Virus record (IMG/VR): IMGVR_UViG_3300009506_000002
Coordinates: 1 to 64,000 of that record
Length of the DNA stretch: 64,000 nt
Reading direction: 5' to 3' (one strand)
DNA from: a virus
Within the stretch, counting starts at the first letter, position 1. Every line of letters starts with the position of its first letter. Under the pieces are notes generated by a model. That model saw only the letters and a program-made list of their open reading frames with translations, was not told where the DNA came from and did not search any database. Of the stretch, positions 1 through 7,396 are shown in pieces. The translations under genes and the position numbers were made by a program.

Positions 1-63
1 TAGCAAAAATGACGCATAAAACCAGCATTGACGGTTTTAAGCTGCATTTCTGCAACATTAAAC

Positions 64-137
64 TGGTCTGGATGGGAGGAATCGAACCTCCATACCGTGG
101 TTCCAGGCCACAGCGTTTACCATTAACCTACATCCAG
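64..137 (-). tRNA. tRNA-Pro (UGG), non-canonical C33/A37
   Basis: Reverse complement folds as a cloverleaf: acceptor CTGGATG/CATCCAG, A73, CCA; T-loop GGTTCGATTCC; anticodon loop CCTGGAA. Confidence 0.8.
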
Positions 138-138
138 A

Positions 139-213
139 TGGTGCCGCCGGTTGGTATCGAACCAACCTCTTGGGTATTTCACACCCACGCTAATCCATCT
201 CAGCTACAGCGGC
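139..213 (-). tRNA. tRNA-Phe (GAA)
   Basis: Cloverleaf, anticodon arm TGGGT-GTGAAAT-ACCCA, encoded CCA. Confidence 0.9.
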
Positions 214-214
214 A

Positions 215-288
215 TGGTGGTCAGGGGAAGAATCGAACTTCCACTACGCGGTTATCGGCCGCGGGTCCTACCGTTAAACGACCTGACC
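215..288 (-). tRNA. tRNA-Ile (GAU), C33
   Basis: Cloverleaf, anticodon arm CGCGG-CCGATAA-CCGCG, encoded CCA. Confidence 0.88.
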
Positions 289-297
289 AAATTTTTC

Positions 298-375
298 AGC
301 GTTGCCTTGGATTCGAACCAAGCTGGGTTCCGTCGAACCGTCTCATCTAGAATAGTTGCCATCACGTACAACGCT
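298..375 (-). ncRNA. tRNA-like RNA / degenerate class II tRNA
   Basis: Acceptor stem GCGTTGT/GCAACGC, intact T-arm CTTGG-TTCGAAT-CCAAG and long variable-arm hairpin GGTTC-GACG-GAACC, but poor D/anticodon stems and no CCA. Confidence 0.55.
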
Positions 376-378
376 ATC

Positions 379-455
379 TGGTGCGCCCGGAGAGATTCGA
401 ACTCTCACTGTCAGGAATCTCGGTCCTGTGCCTCTTCCAATTGGACTACGGGCGC
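379..455 (-). tRNA. tRNA-Leu (GAG), short variable arm, C33
   Basis: Cloverleaf, anticodon arm CAGGA-CCGAGAT-TCCTG, A73, CCA. Confidence 0.8.
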
Positions 456-464
456 TCTCTAAAC

Positions 465-805
465 TGGTGGAGTCGAGGGGAATCGAACCCCTGTCTTGAA
501 ACCTTGTTTCATGCTTTCTACACGCTTAGTTCGTTTCTATACTCGGTGTTCACGTAAAACGAACAAACCGTGGTTGCCGAGTTGGCTAAATTTTCGTCTG
601 ATGACGCGCCAGTTCATCAGCTTATCCCTTCTAAGTAAACTCTCTTGGAACCGCCGAAGGGCGAGCAATTCCTGAGAGTGATTACGCTACAGCGCTAATC
701 GGAGTATCGTCGTTTGCGACTATTTACATGCCAACGTTTAACGTGGTCAGCCTACGTGCGTGCTTACGATGCCGTCCGTGTCTCAATCGAAACCTGTACG
801 ACCCC
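465..805 (-). ncRNA. ssrA: tmRNA; tag peptide (A)ANDDTPISAVA*
   Basis: 5' end GGGGTCG..., 3' tRNA-Ala-like end GGTTCGATTCCCCTCGACTCCACCA with G3-U70 pair; resume codon context TAGTC-GCA AAC GAC and tag ORF at 717..682. Confidence 0.93.
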
Positions 806-812
806 TGAAAAT

Positions 813-888
813 TGGTGGAACCGAAGGGAATCGAACCCTTCACAGTATGGTTGCAAACCACTCTCACCCCCTTGGTACATGCGGCCCC
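813..888 (-). tRNA. tRNA-Ala (UGC), atypical D-arm
   Basis: Acceptor GGGGCCG/CGGTTCC with G3-U70, loop TTTGCAA, CCA. Confidence 0.8.
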
Positions 889-997
889 ATTTGACACTAT
901 GTAAAGGCGCTTGCGCGCTCTCGCGGAGGAGTAAAAGCTCGTCGGCCGCGTTAAACATACTTTCCTTGACTAGCTAAAGTCAATTTCTTGTTGCGCA

Positions 998-1026
998 ACT
1001 CTAGCATATCGAAACCGAGTTGTCAA
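998..1026 (-). promoter_or_regulatory. sigma70-type early promoter TTGACA-N17-TAGAGT
   Basis: Consensus -35, 17-bp spacer, TG-extended -10. Confidence 0.8.
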
Positions 1027-1040
1027 CATCTTTTTTTAAC

Positions 1041-1114
1041 TGGTACTCACGGATAGAATCGAACTATCGTCTTCGCCTTGTCATGGCGGCGTTCTCCCAT
1101 TGAACTACGCGAGC
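1041..1114 (-). tRNA. tRNA-Val (GAC)
   Basis: Cloverleaf, anticodon loop ATGACAA, CCA. Confidence 0.9.
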
Positions 1115-1115
1115 A

Positions 1116-1189
1116 TGGTGGAGTCCCGGGGAATCGAACCCCGATCTTCGCCTTGCAAGGGCGACATAATCCCATTATACTAGGACCCC
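1116..1189 (-). tRNA. tRNA-Ala (UGC)
   Basis: Cloverleaf, G3-U70, anticodon arm TCGCC-CTTGCAA-GGCGA, CCA. Confidence 0.92.
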
Positions 1190-1267
1190 AGTCGATATGT
1201 GTTTTGGTTGTTTGTTGTGCGCTTGCTCCTTTTCAGTTTTGAAGGGCAAGCTGATTGGGCTTAACCC

Positions 1268-1432
1268 TTAAATGTCAGTGGGATCTCGTTGAATATCGCC
1301 TGACTTAGGTCGATATGGCAATTCCTGCCAATTGGTCACGAGGCCATCCACTTCTGCGCCAAAGGCGGCGAGAGCGAGGCACGCCGATTCAGACGAATGG
1401 TTAAACAGACTTTTCATTGTGCGTGTGCCCAT
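1268..1432 (-). CDS. 54-aa small ORF/leader peptide upstream of tRNA cluster
   Basis: AAGGAG Shine-Dalgarno, then MGTRTMKSLFNHSSESACLALAAFGAEVDGLVTNWQELPYRPKSGDIQRDPTDI*; below the ORF-track length cutoff. Confidence 0.5.
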   Translation of the reverse strand: MGTRTMKSLFNHSSESACLALAAFGAEVDGLVTNWQELPYRPKSGDIQRDPTDI

Positions 1433-1538
1433 TTGAATCGGCTCCTTTAGTTGATCAGGACTTGTAGACGTCCTGTGTTATATTTATGCACGAAAACTTC
1501 TTCCTAGGGAAAATATTTTCATCCACTTGATATTGCGT

Positions 1539-1644
1539 ATTATAGCAACATCTGAAGGGCTTGTCAAGAACTTTTTCTCAACTGCATTGAATGAATCAAT
1601 CCCTTCAATGGCGCAAGTCTAGCACAGCGGCAAGGACTTGTCAA
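1539..1644 (-). promoter_or_regulatory. Two tandem sigma70-type promoters driving the tRNA cluster
   Basis: TTGACA-N17-TATAAT (1567..1539) and TTGACA-N17-TAGACT (1644..1616). Confidence 0.85.
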
Positions 1645-1647
1645 GAA

Positions 1648-2259
1648 CTATTTATACGGGTTCGCTTTGATTGAATCTCGCGTTCCTGGAGGCATGTCCT
1701 GTAACTGCTTCACCAGGTTGCGTAGATTGACCACGGTGGCAGGGAAGAACTTGTCAGGTATGTCCATAATGCCCTCAAGCATTGGAGCAGCCATTTCAGC
1801 GATCTCAAGCGCTCTCAGATGGCTGTTTGCCATAATCATGTCGTGCCACTTAGGCGTGATTTCATCACCGTCTGGCGTGCGCGTGACAATCTCTGCGCCA
1901 GAATCACGGAATGCCCGTATGATTTCATTCGCATGAAACGCCGAGTTGCCAGAGTTGTAGGTCACAATACAGGTCTTCTGCATGTGAGGCGGTGTGCGCG
2001 CACCAAACATCGGATGGATGCTCAATACCCTACGCGAGTGTCTCAGACAAATCTTGGTTGAATCATCCTGAATGGAGCAAACGTTCACAAGGTACTTTCC
2101 TGCGTACTTTGCTGCCACATCGTCATAGGCTGAAAATGGCACCGCCAATACAACGATCTCTGCGTCATCTGCCAGCTCGATTCCCTTCACTTGACTGAAA
2201 AGCCCCATGAGGAAAGAGCCGAATGCGCCATCACCTACAACGTTAATCTTTGTCATCAT
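1648..2259 (-). CDS. Prephenate dehydrogenase-like (TyrA family) NAD-binding protein
   Basis: Rossmann GDGAFG, 'VVLAVP', 'NVCSIQ', 'LSIHPMFG' and 'HDMIMA' motifs typical of TyrA. Confidence 0.75.
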   Translation of the reverse strand: MMTKINVVGDGAFGSFLMGLFSQVKGIELADDAEIVVLAVPFSAYDDVAAKYAGKYLVNVCSIQDDSTKICLRHSRRVLSIHPMFGARTPPHMQKTCIVTYNSGNSAFHANEIIRAFRDSGAEIVTRTPDGDEITPKWHDMIMANSHLRALEIAEMAAPMLEGIMDIPDKFFPATVVNLRNLVKQLQDMPPGTRDSIKANPYK

Positions 2260-2752
2260 AAACCCATGTCTTCATAAAATTTGCGCACGCGTTCGCGTAG
2301 TACTCGTCACTATCTTCCCATGCAGTCATGCAACCTTCATAGACCGCAGGATGCAATAAATTCGTTTCGATGACCGTAGGAAGAACCTTACCTACGTCAT
2401 CATTCTTTCCGATCTTCATGTAGGTGATCGGGATACCCAACTCATGTGCTCTACCGATGCCTTCATACATTCCGGGTCCTATTCCGTAGTCACAGAAAAC
2501 AAGAACGCGTTCTGCTTGTGGTAGCCAAGCAAAACCGGCGCCCATGCCAAGTTTTCGCTCTGCTGGGATATTGTCATCCAGGATACCCTCTTGGGTGAAG
2601 AGCAAATGGCTGGCAATGGGCGCCATGCCTTGATGTACACAAAAGGAGACCGCTCTGCGCGCGTAGGTTACGTTGCGTTCAATTTCACCATCGAGCGCAA
2701 AGGGGCTCTCAATTACGACACGCTGCATAAGAGTCATTCCGTTTCCAAACAT
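2243..2752 (-). CDS. Conserved phage protein, nucleoside deoxyribosyltransferase-like fold
   Basis: 'VVIESPF...NVTYARRA...PIASHLL...G..W......V..DYGI..GM..GI..A' pattern; start moved to the SD-supported ATG at 2752. Confidence 0.6.
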   Translation of the reverse strand: MFGNGMTLMQRVVIESPFALDGEIERNVTYARRAVSFCVHQGMAPIASHLLFTQEGILDDNIPAERKLGMGAGFAWLPQAERVLVFCDYGIGPGMYEGIGRAHELGIPITYMKIGKNDDVGKVLPTVIETNLLHPAVYEGCMTAWEDSDEYYANACANFMKTWVYDDKD

Positions 2753-2786
2753 TTCCTTATCTCCACATTGTGTATTTTTGTTGAAA

Positions 2787-3254
2787 TTAAGCCGCAGCTT
2801 CTGCTGGGGCAATGTCACTCACCTCGAGAACCGGACGCAAGGTACCGTTTCCTTCATACTTTGAGCGATCTTGTAGGCGGCGAGACTGCATGGCAGTTTC
2901 AGCAGTCGGCTTGACCTTTGGCTTGCTGGTCAAGCGTGCGATCATCGCGCGCATGTTCAATCCCTGGACGTACTCAACCCAGGCACGCTTCGCCTTTGGA
3001 AGCGTATAGTTCGAGCCGCGCGGCTTCTTAGGCTGTTGGCCGGCAGCAGGCGCCTGCGCCTGATCCAGGATTTTTTGTGCAGCATCACCCTGACCGGGAA
3101 AGGTCACCTGTGTCGGTTGCTTCATGAATTTCAGGTCTTCGTCCATCTGAGCCTGATCAGCGGCGGCAGCAATCTTTGCAGACAGAGCTTCGGCCTCGCC
3201 AGAGTTCTTCATATCTTCTGCGGCCATTGAAGCCACTTCTTTGTCGTCCATCAT
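2787..3254 (-). CDS. Hypothetical protein
   Basis: ORF with GGAG SD before MMDDK. Confidence 0.7.
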   Translation of the reverse strand: MMDDKEVASMAAEDMKNSGEAEALSAKIAAAADQAQMDEDLKFMKQPTQVTFPGQGDAAQKILDQAQAPAAGQQPKKPRGSNYTLPKAKRAWVEYVQGLNMRAMIARLTSKPKVKPTAETAMQSRRLQDRSKYEGNGTLRPVLEVSDIAPAEAAA

Positions 3255-3256
3255 AA

Positions 3257-3484
3257 TCAATCTTCTCCTAGATAGTATTCTTGGTATTCTTCTGGCAGTG
3301 ACGCAGGGTTGATAACTTTCTTGCCCACGCACCACTCAAATTCGACGGGTATCAATTTGTGTACACGCTTCTTGTCGATCCCGTTCAGTCGATCAAGAAT
3401 CTGGGCGTTGTCAACATAACGTAATTCTTCACAAAACGGCCCTTGAAACGTGCCATTCTCGTTCTGAATTATCCAGCCCTTCAT
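3257..3484 (-). CDS. Hypothetical protein
   Basis: Translationally coupled ORF (ATGA overlap). Confidence 0.65.
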   Translation of the reverse strand: MKGWIIQNENGTFQGPFCEELRYVDNAQILDRLNGIDKKRVHKLIPVEFEWCVGKKVINPASLPEEYQEYYLGED

Positions 3485-3921
3485 GCGGTAGCAGTCTCCT
3501 TAGCCTGTTTGACTTCGGTACGAATGACGTACTTCACGCACTCGAGGATTGCACAACTGATGATCAGACCGATCATGGTAGCAAACCAGCCGTAGAACAT
3601 GGCGAAGCCGATAAGTGAAGCATACCAGGCGCGCGACCACAGATAAGTGTACCACTTGCCAACCCGATCCAGCTTCTCTGGATTCTTCTCGTAAACCTTG
3701 CGGAGACCTTCAGCCATCTTCTCGCCATCAATGGCATATCCGACCATGAACAGTGCGCCGGTGATAATGCTCATGATTGCGCCGAACCACACCCAGGTCA
3801 TGAAGAGGTTACCGGACCAATCGACGCCCTTGATCATGGCAAAGTAGCCCAGCGTCCAGATGGTGGCAGACAGTGCGTAGGCAGCAGCCGTTTTGAGGCC
3901 TGTTTTCAGAGACGCTTTCAT
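3481..3921 (-). CDS. Hypothetical membrane protein
   Basis: Several hydrophobic helices; coupled to its neighbours. Confidence 0.75.
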   Translation of the reverse strand: MKASLKTGLKTAAAYALSATIWTLGYFAMIKGVDWSGNLFMTWVWFGAIMSIITGALFMVGYAIDGEKMAEGLRKVYEKNPEKLDRVGKWYTYLWSRAWYASLIGFAMFYGWFATMIGLIISCAILECVKYVIRTEVKQAKETATA

Positions 3922-4166
3922 TACGCACCTACCTCATCGGCTACTGCCTCGTCTGAATAGTCCTGCTCAGGTTGCAGGTGCTTGGTCTGGAAATACCAGG
4001 ACTCGCCGTTGGTCAGTTCAACGCCAAAGTAGACGTGATTAGCCTCTTCCATGATCTCTTCAACGACGCCAGAAAGACCTTCGACGTCTGCCGGCGTCAT
4101 ACCGACGTAATCTTCATTTGTTGGGGCAGCTACAACGACTACCTTATCACCTTTTGAATAACTCAT
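3921..4166 (-). CDS. Hypothetical SH3/KOW-like small protein
   Basis: 'KGDKVVV...G.V..I...GVEL..GE.WYF...HL' pattern; GAGGAG SD. Confidence 0.65.
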   Translation of the reverse strand: MSYSKGDKVVVVAAPTNEDYVGMTPADVEGLSGVVEEIMEEANHVYFGVELTNGESWYFQTKHLQPEQDYSDEAVADEVGA

Positions 4167-4334
4167 TCTATACTCCTCTTGTTAGTTCCATTATTTCTTG
4201 TACCATGCCATCCAGGACGGCATATTCGTTTTGATCAGGCGTCATCGTGGTAAGGCGATGCACCTCGCGTATGATGGCCTTCAACTTCTTGTTTTCGTCA
4301 TCGTAGGCATTCTGCGCTTGCAAGTCGTATCCTA

Positions 4335-4910
4335 TCATACTTCGGACCCCTTGTCAACATCTTTCTTGAACACGCCCTCTTTGAACATGCGGACAGGTTC
4401 CTTCTTGCCATTGTCAACAACAAGCTCCAGTGGTGCCTCAGACTTCTTACCTTCAGTCGGGCCGTTGTCGACCACGAGTTTCAGTTCAGCCTTCTTAGGT
4501 GCCTGCTTTGCTGGCGCTTTCGGTGCTGCCTGTACTGGCTTAGGAGCTGGCTGCTCGGTAGCCTCAGGCGCAGCGTTTTCCTGTGACAGGTCATGGAAGG
4601 AAATACCCTCCTCCTGATAGGAATCTACGATTGAGATGATTGCATGGGATGGCACGACAACGGTATAACCCACGTGGTTGAACTCGACGTACCAAGACAG
4701 CTCCTGCTTGTCAAAGTCAAACTCAGGGTCTGGGTATGCGTCATTACGGATTGACAGCATCATGACCGGGTTGTTGGCCTGCTTGTACTGCTCCCGGATA
4801 TGCTTCGGGATCTGTACGTCATCAGTGATCAGGAAGTAGACTTCGTAGCGGAATTGGTAGTTGCCAGCGTTGACAGCTTCGCACAGAGAGTTAAGGAAAA
4901 TGTCTTTCAT
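4335..4910 (-). CDS. SspB-like ClpXP specificity adaptor
   Basis: 'VQIP...VMMLSI...LSWYVEFNHVGYTVVVPSHAIISI' resembles the SspB core; Pro/Ala/Lys linker, then L(K/E)LVVDN motifs resembling the ClpX-binding tail. Confidence 0.6.
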   Translation of the reverse strand: MKDIFLNSLCEAVNAGNYQFRYEVYFLITDDVQIPKHIREQYKQANNPVMMLSIRNDAYPDPEFDFDKQELSWYVEFNHVGYTVVVPSHAIISIVDSYQEEGISFHDLSQENAAPEATEQPAPKPVQAAPKAPAKQAPKKAELKLVVDNGPTEGKKSEAPLELVVDNGKKEPVRMFKEGVFKKDVDKGSEV

Positions 4911-5134
4911 TGTGCGAACTGAACCTCAAAGGTATTGGTGGCAACTTTGTAGTCTACAATGATGGTGACTACCTCGCCGTTGGTAAGCTCGATGTCTGCA
5001 GAGTAGAACGCGCCCCGCGTGCCGCTTTTGCAGATGCCCTTGATGACATCCTGACGTTGTGCAATAACAGAAATTGCCATCCGGCAAGCTTCGACGTCAT
5101 GCGCCGATTTGATCATAATATTTGGATATTTCAT
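4907..5134 (-). CDS. Hypothetical protein
   Basis: Coupled ORF in early operon. Confidence 0.65.
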   Translation of the reverse strand: MKYPNIMIKSAHDVEACRMAISVIAQRQDVIKGICKSGTRGAFYSADIELTNGEVVTIIVDYKVATNTFEVQFAQ

Positions 5135-5334
5135 AGGTACCTCAATTCAGCTTCATAGCGATAATTTTCGTCGTCCCAGCGCATACGGATTTCATAGCCA
5201 AGATCCCTGAAAGTATGAACCCACACTTTGTCGGGATGCAGACCATCAAGGATGTTCTGACATTTGACGATGCTGGCAAAGACTTCTTTGGCCTGCAGCG
5301 CATTGCCTACATTCTTGAGAAGTACGTCAGCCAT
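5131..5334 (-). CDS. Hypothetical protein
   Basis: Coupled ORF in early operon. Confidence 0.65.
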   Translation of the reverse strand: MADVLLKNVGNALQAKEVFASIVKCQNILDGLHPDKVWVHTFRDLGYEIRMRWDDENYRYEAELRYL

Positions 5335-5591
5335 TATTCGATGCCCCAGGATGCGTTAAAGTAAGTCGGGTAGTCTGCTGGGTCAACGCTTTCTTCATGC
5401 ACAAACTCCTCCAGATTAACCCTGTTGTAAACGGTGATTGCCTGACTCAATGAAAGTCGGTGAACAAGATTGAGCGCATACAAAACGCGCTCTGCCTTTT
5501 CAGGCTCATCGTGATTCTCATGGTAATTGATAGCCTCGATGCATTCTTCAATCAGCTTCTCTTTGCAAGTCAACATTGACAACTCCTTCAC
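5334..5591 (-). CDS. Hypothetical protein
   Basis: First ORF after an early promoter; start uncertain. Confidence 0.6.
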   Translation of the reverse strand: MKELSMLTCKEKLIEECIEAINYHENHDEPEKAERVLYALNLVHRLSLSQAITVYNRVNLEEFVHEESVDPADYPTYFNASWGIE

Positions 5592-5606
5592 TCACTCAAT
5601 AATGAA

Positions 5607-5635
5607 AGTCTACACGAAAGCGAAGGAGTTGTCAA
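5607..5635 (-). promoter_or_regulatory. Early promoter TTGACA-N17-TAGACT
   Basis: Consensus match; followed by the conserved ATTGAGTG element. Confidence 0.85.
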
Positions 5636-5651
5636 GTTCTTTTTCACCTTT

Positions 5652-6965
5652 TTAGATGGACGCCAGTTCCCTGATGCGCTCGAAGTTGGTCTTCAGCAGC
5701 AACTTGCCATCACGGAACACAACGTTCTCCAGGTTGAAGCGGCCTGCCTTTGACGCCTTGCTCGGATCAGTTTTCGGCGATTTATATACGTCTTTCCAGA
5801 CTCCATCTATACAAATTGCGCTTGCTTTTTGGGCAAATCCGTAAGTATCACGGTTGCAGTGTTGCAGCAGACCGCCACCCATGCCGAAGGCGATGTTGTC
5901 AATAGACAGCTTCTCCTCCATCATTGCTTCCAGCACCAGTGGCAGCGTATCGACGTCCATACCATCACCCTGAATCACGCGGATGCAGTCTGGCAGGACC
6001 TTGTAGCCCTTGCTGTTCACGGTGTAGCCATATTTGTCCATCAGTTGGTTGATGGTACGGCACACGATGACGCGCGGCTCACCAGAGTCAGGACGGACGA
6101 CTATAGTCTTACCCGAACTGACAACTTCTGCCTTCAGTTCACCGGCCCAGCCGTTGACCACGGCGTTGTCCAGATCGTACGAGTCTGAAACTACAGCAAC
6201 CAGAGGAGAATCCGGGAATGCCTTGATCATGTTGCGGTAGGCGTCGAACTCTCGCTCCTTGCCCCATGAAGTGATGGTGCTGTGCTCTGCAGCCGGGATT
6301 GAGTACGCCGGCATATCTGCGCCATAGTAGCGACGCGCGTACATGAGCGCAGAGACCGTGTCAGTTCCCTTGAAGTTGACCAGGTGAGCCATACCACCCA
6401 GACCAGCGGACTCTTCAGATGAAACGCCACGTGCACCGAAGTCGTGCAGCTTGAAGTCCAGAGACTCGATTGGTGCGTCAGATGACTGCTCCCAATACTT
6501 CTTCATGATCACCTTCAGGCGGTGGCTGTTTGTTGCCACAGTGGTCGGATACCAGATGGCGCGCAGGAGCGCGGTTTCCATGTAGTTGGTCAGCCACGGA
6601 ACATTCGGGTCAGTGTTCACCATTGTTGCGATGACTTGACGCAGAGGTACCTTTGAGCCTTCCTCTACCATGCGGATTTCCAGTGGCAGATAGCCGCCGT
6701 GCTCTTTCAGGATGTACTCCCAGCCCTCACGATTGAAAGGTACACCGTGTGCCTTGAATACTGCATCGGCTTCCTCGATGTCAGCCTGAGTGAATGGCTT
6801 GGTCAGGTACTCCATGCCGAATGCCTGCATGCCGAGTACAATCACATACGGGTTCATGCCGTAGCGCGCCTCGATGTAGGAATAGACGTATTCGGTACCT
6901 GGCGGGTACTGTTTGAAGTGGCTCGTCTTGTACGAGTCGGTGTTTAAGATCAGATTGTGTGTCAT
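5652..6965 (-). CDS. nadV: Nicotinamide phosphoribosyltransferase (Nampt)
   Basis: 'TDSYKTSH', 'LHDFGARG', 'PAAEHS', 'VSDSYD', 'VRPDSG', 'IQGDG', 'FGMGGGLLQ'. Confidence 0.96.
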   Translation of the reverse strand: MTHNLILNTDSYKTSHFKQYPPGTEYVYSYIEARYGMNPYVIVLGMQAFGMEYLTKPFTQADIEEADAVFKAHGVPFNREGWEYILKEHGGYLPLEIRMVEEGSKVPLRQVIATMVNTDPNVPWLTNYMETALLRAIWYPTTVATNSHRLKVIMKKYWEQSSDAPIESLDFKLHDFGARGVSSEESAGLGGMAHLVNFKGTDTVSALMYARRYYGADMPAYSIPAAEHSTITSWGKEREFDAYRNMIKAFPDSPLVAVVSDSYDLDNAVVNGWAGELKAEVVSSGKTIVVRPDSGEPRVIVCRTINQLMDKYGYTVNSKGYKVLPDCIRVIQGDGMDVDTLPLVLEAMMEEKLSIDNIAFGMGGGLLQHCNRDTYGFAQKASAICIDGVWKDVYKSPKTDPSKASKAGRFNLENVVFRDGKLLLKTNFERIRELASI

Positions 6966-6989
6966 GTTAGACTCCCTAACTTCTTGAAT

Positions 6990-7394
6990 TTACTGGTCTA
7001 AGCCCAGTACGGCTTGTTCTTCGGGGCTCAATTTTGCGAGTGCTGCCTGACGCAACTCTTCTTCCGCGCGCTCTTTGGCTTCGCAGGCTTCACGCTTGCG
7101 ATCAGCCTTTTCATGGCGTTCCCACCATGTTGCCAGCTTGCGCGATTCCTTGCTGTGAGCGTTGTAGACAACACGCTCAAAGTCATCTGGTGACATTGCT
7201 CGGATGGTAGAGCAAAGCATGACGACAGCTTCGTTGATACGGTTAACGTCACCGTAAGAGCTAGATGCTGCCAGCTTCACCCAGCGAGGGATTGGTTGAC
7301 CAGTATCGTTGAGGGCATAGAGTAAGCGCTGGCAAGTATCCTTGCTCTCACGCTCGTATTCGGTTGGTTCCATGTAGTCACATCTGCAAGGCAT
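6990..7394 (-). CDS. Hypothetical phage protein (MPCRCD...)
   Basis: SD-supported start at 7394; C-terminal 'ALAKLSPEEQAVLGL' common in phage proteins. Confidence 0.7.
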   Translation of the reverse strand: MPCRCDYMEPTEYERESKDTCQRLLYALNDTGQPIPRWVKLAASSSYGDVNRINEAVVMLCSTIRAMSPDDFERVVYNAHSKESRKLATWWERHEKADRKREACEAKERAEEELRQAALAKLSPEEQAVLGLDQ

Positions 7395-7396
7395 AA

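Noticed and set aside
9-977. ORFs 9..350, 151..462, 714..977 and 764..958
   Set aside because: They overlap tRNA and tmRNA genes and are spurious translations
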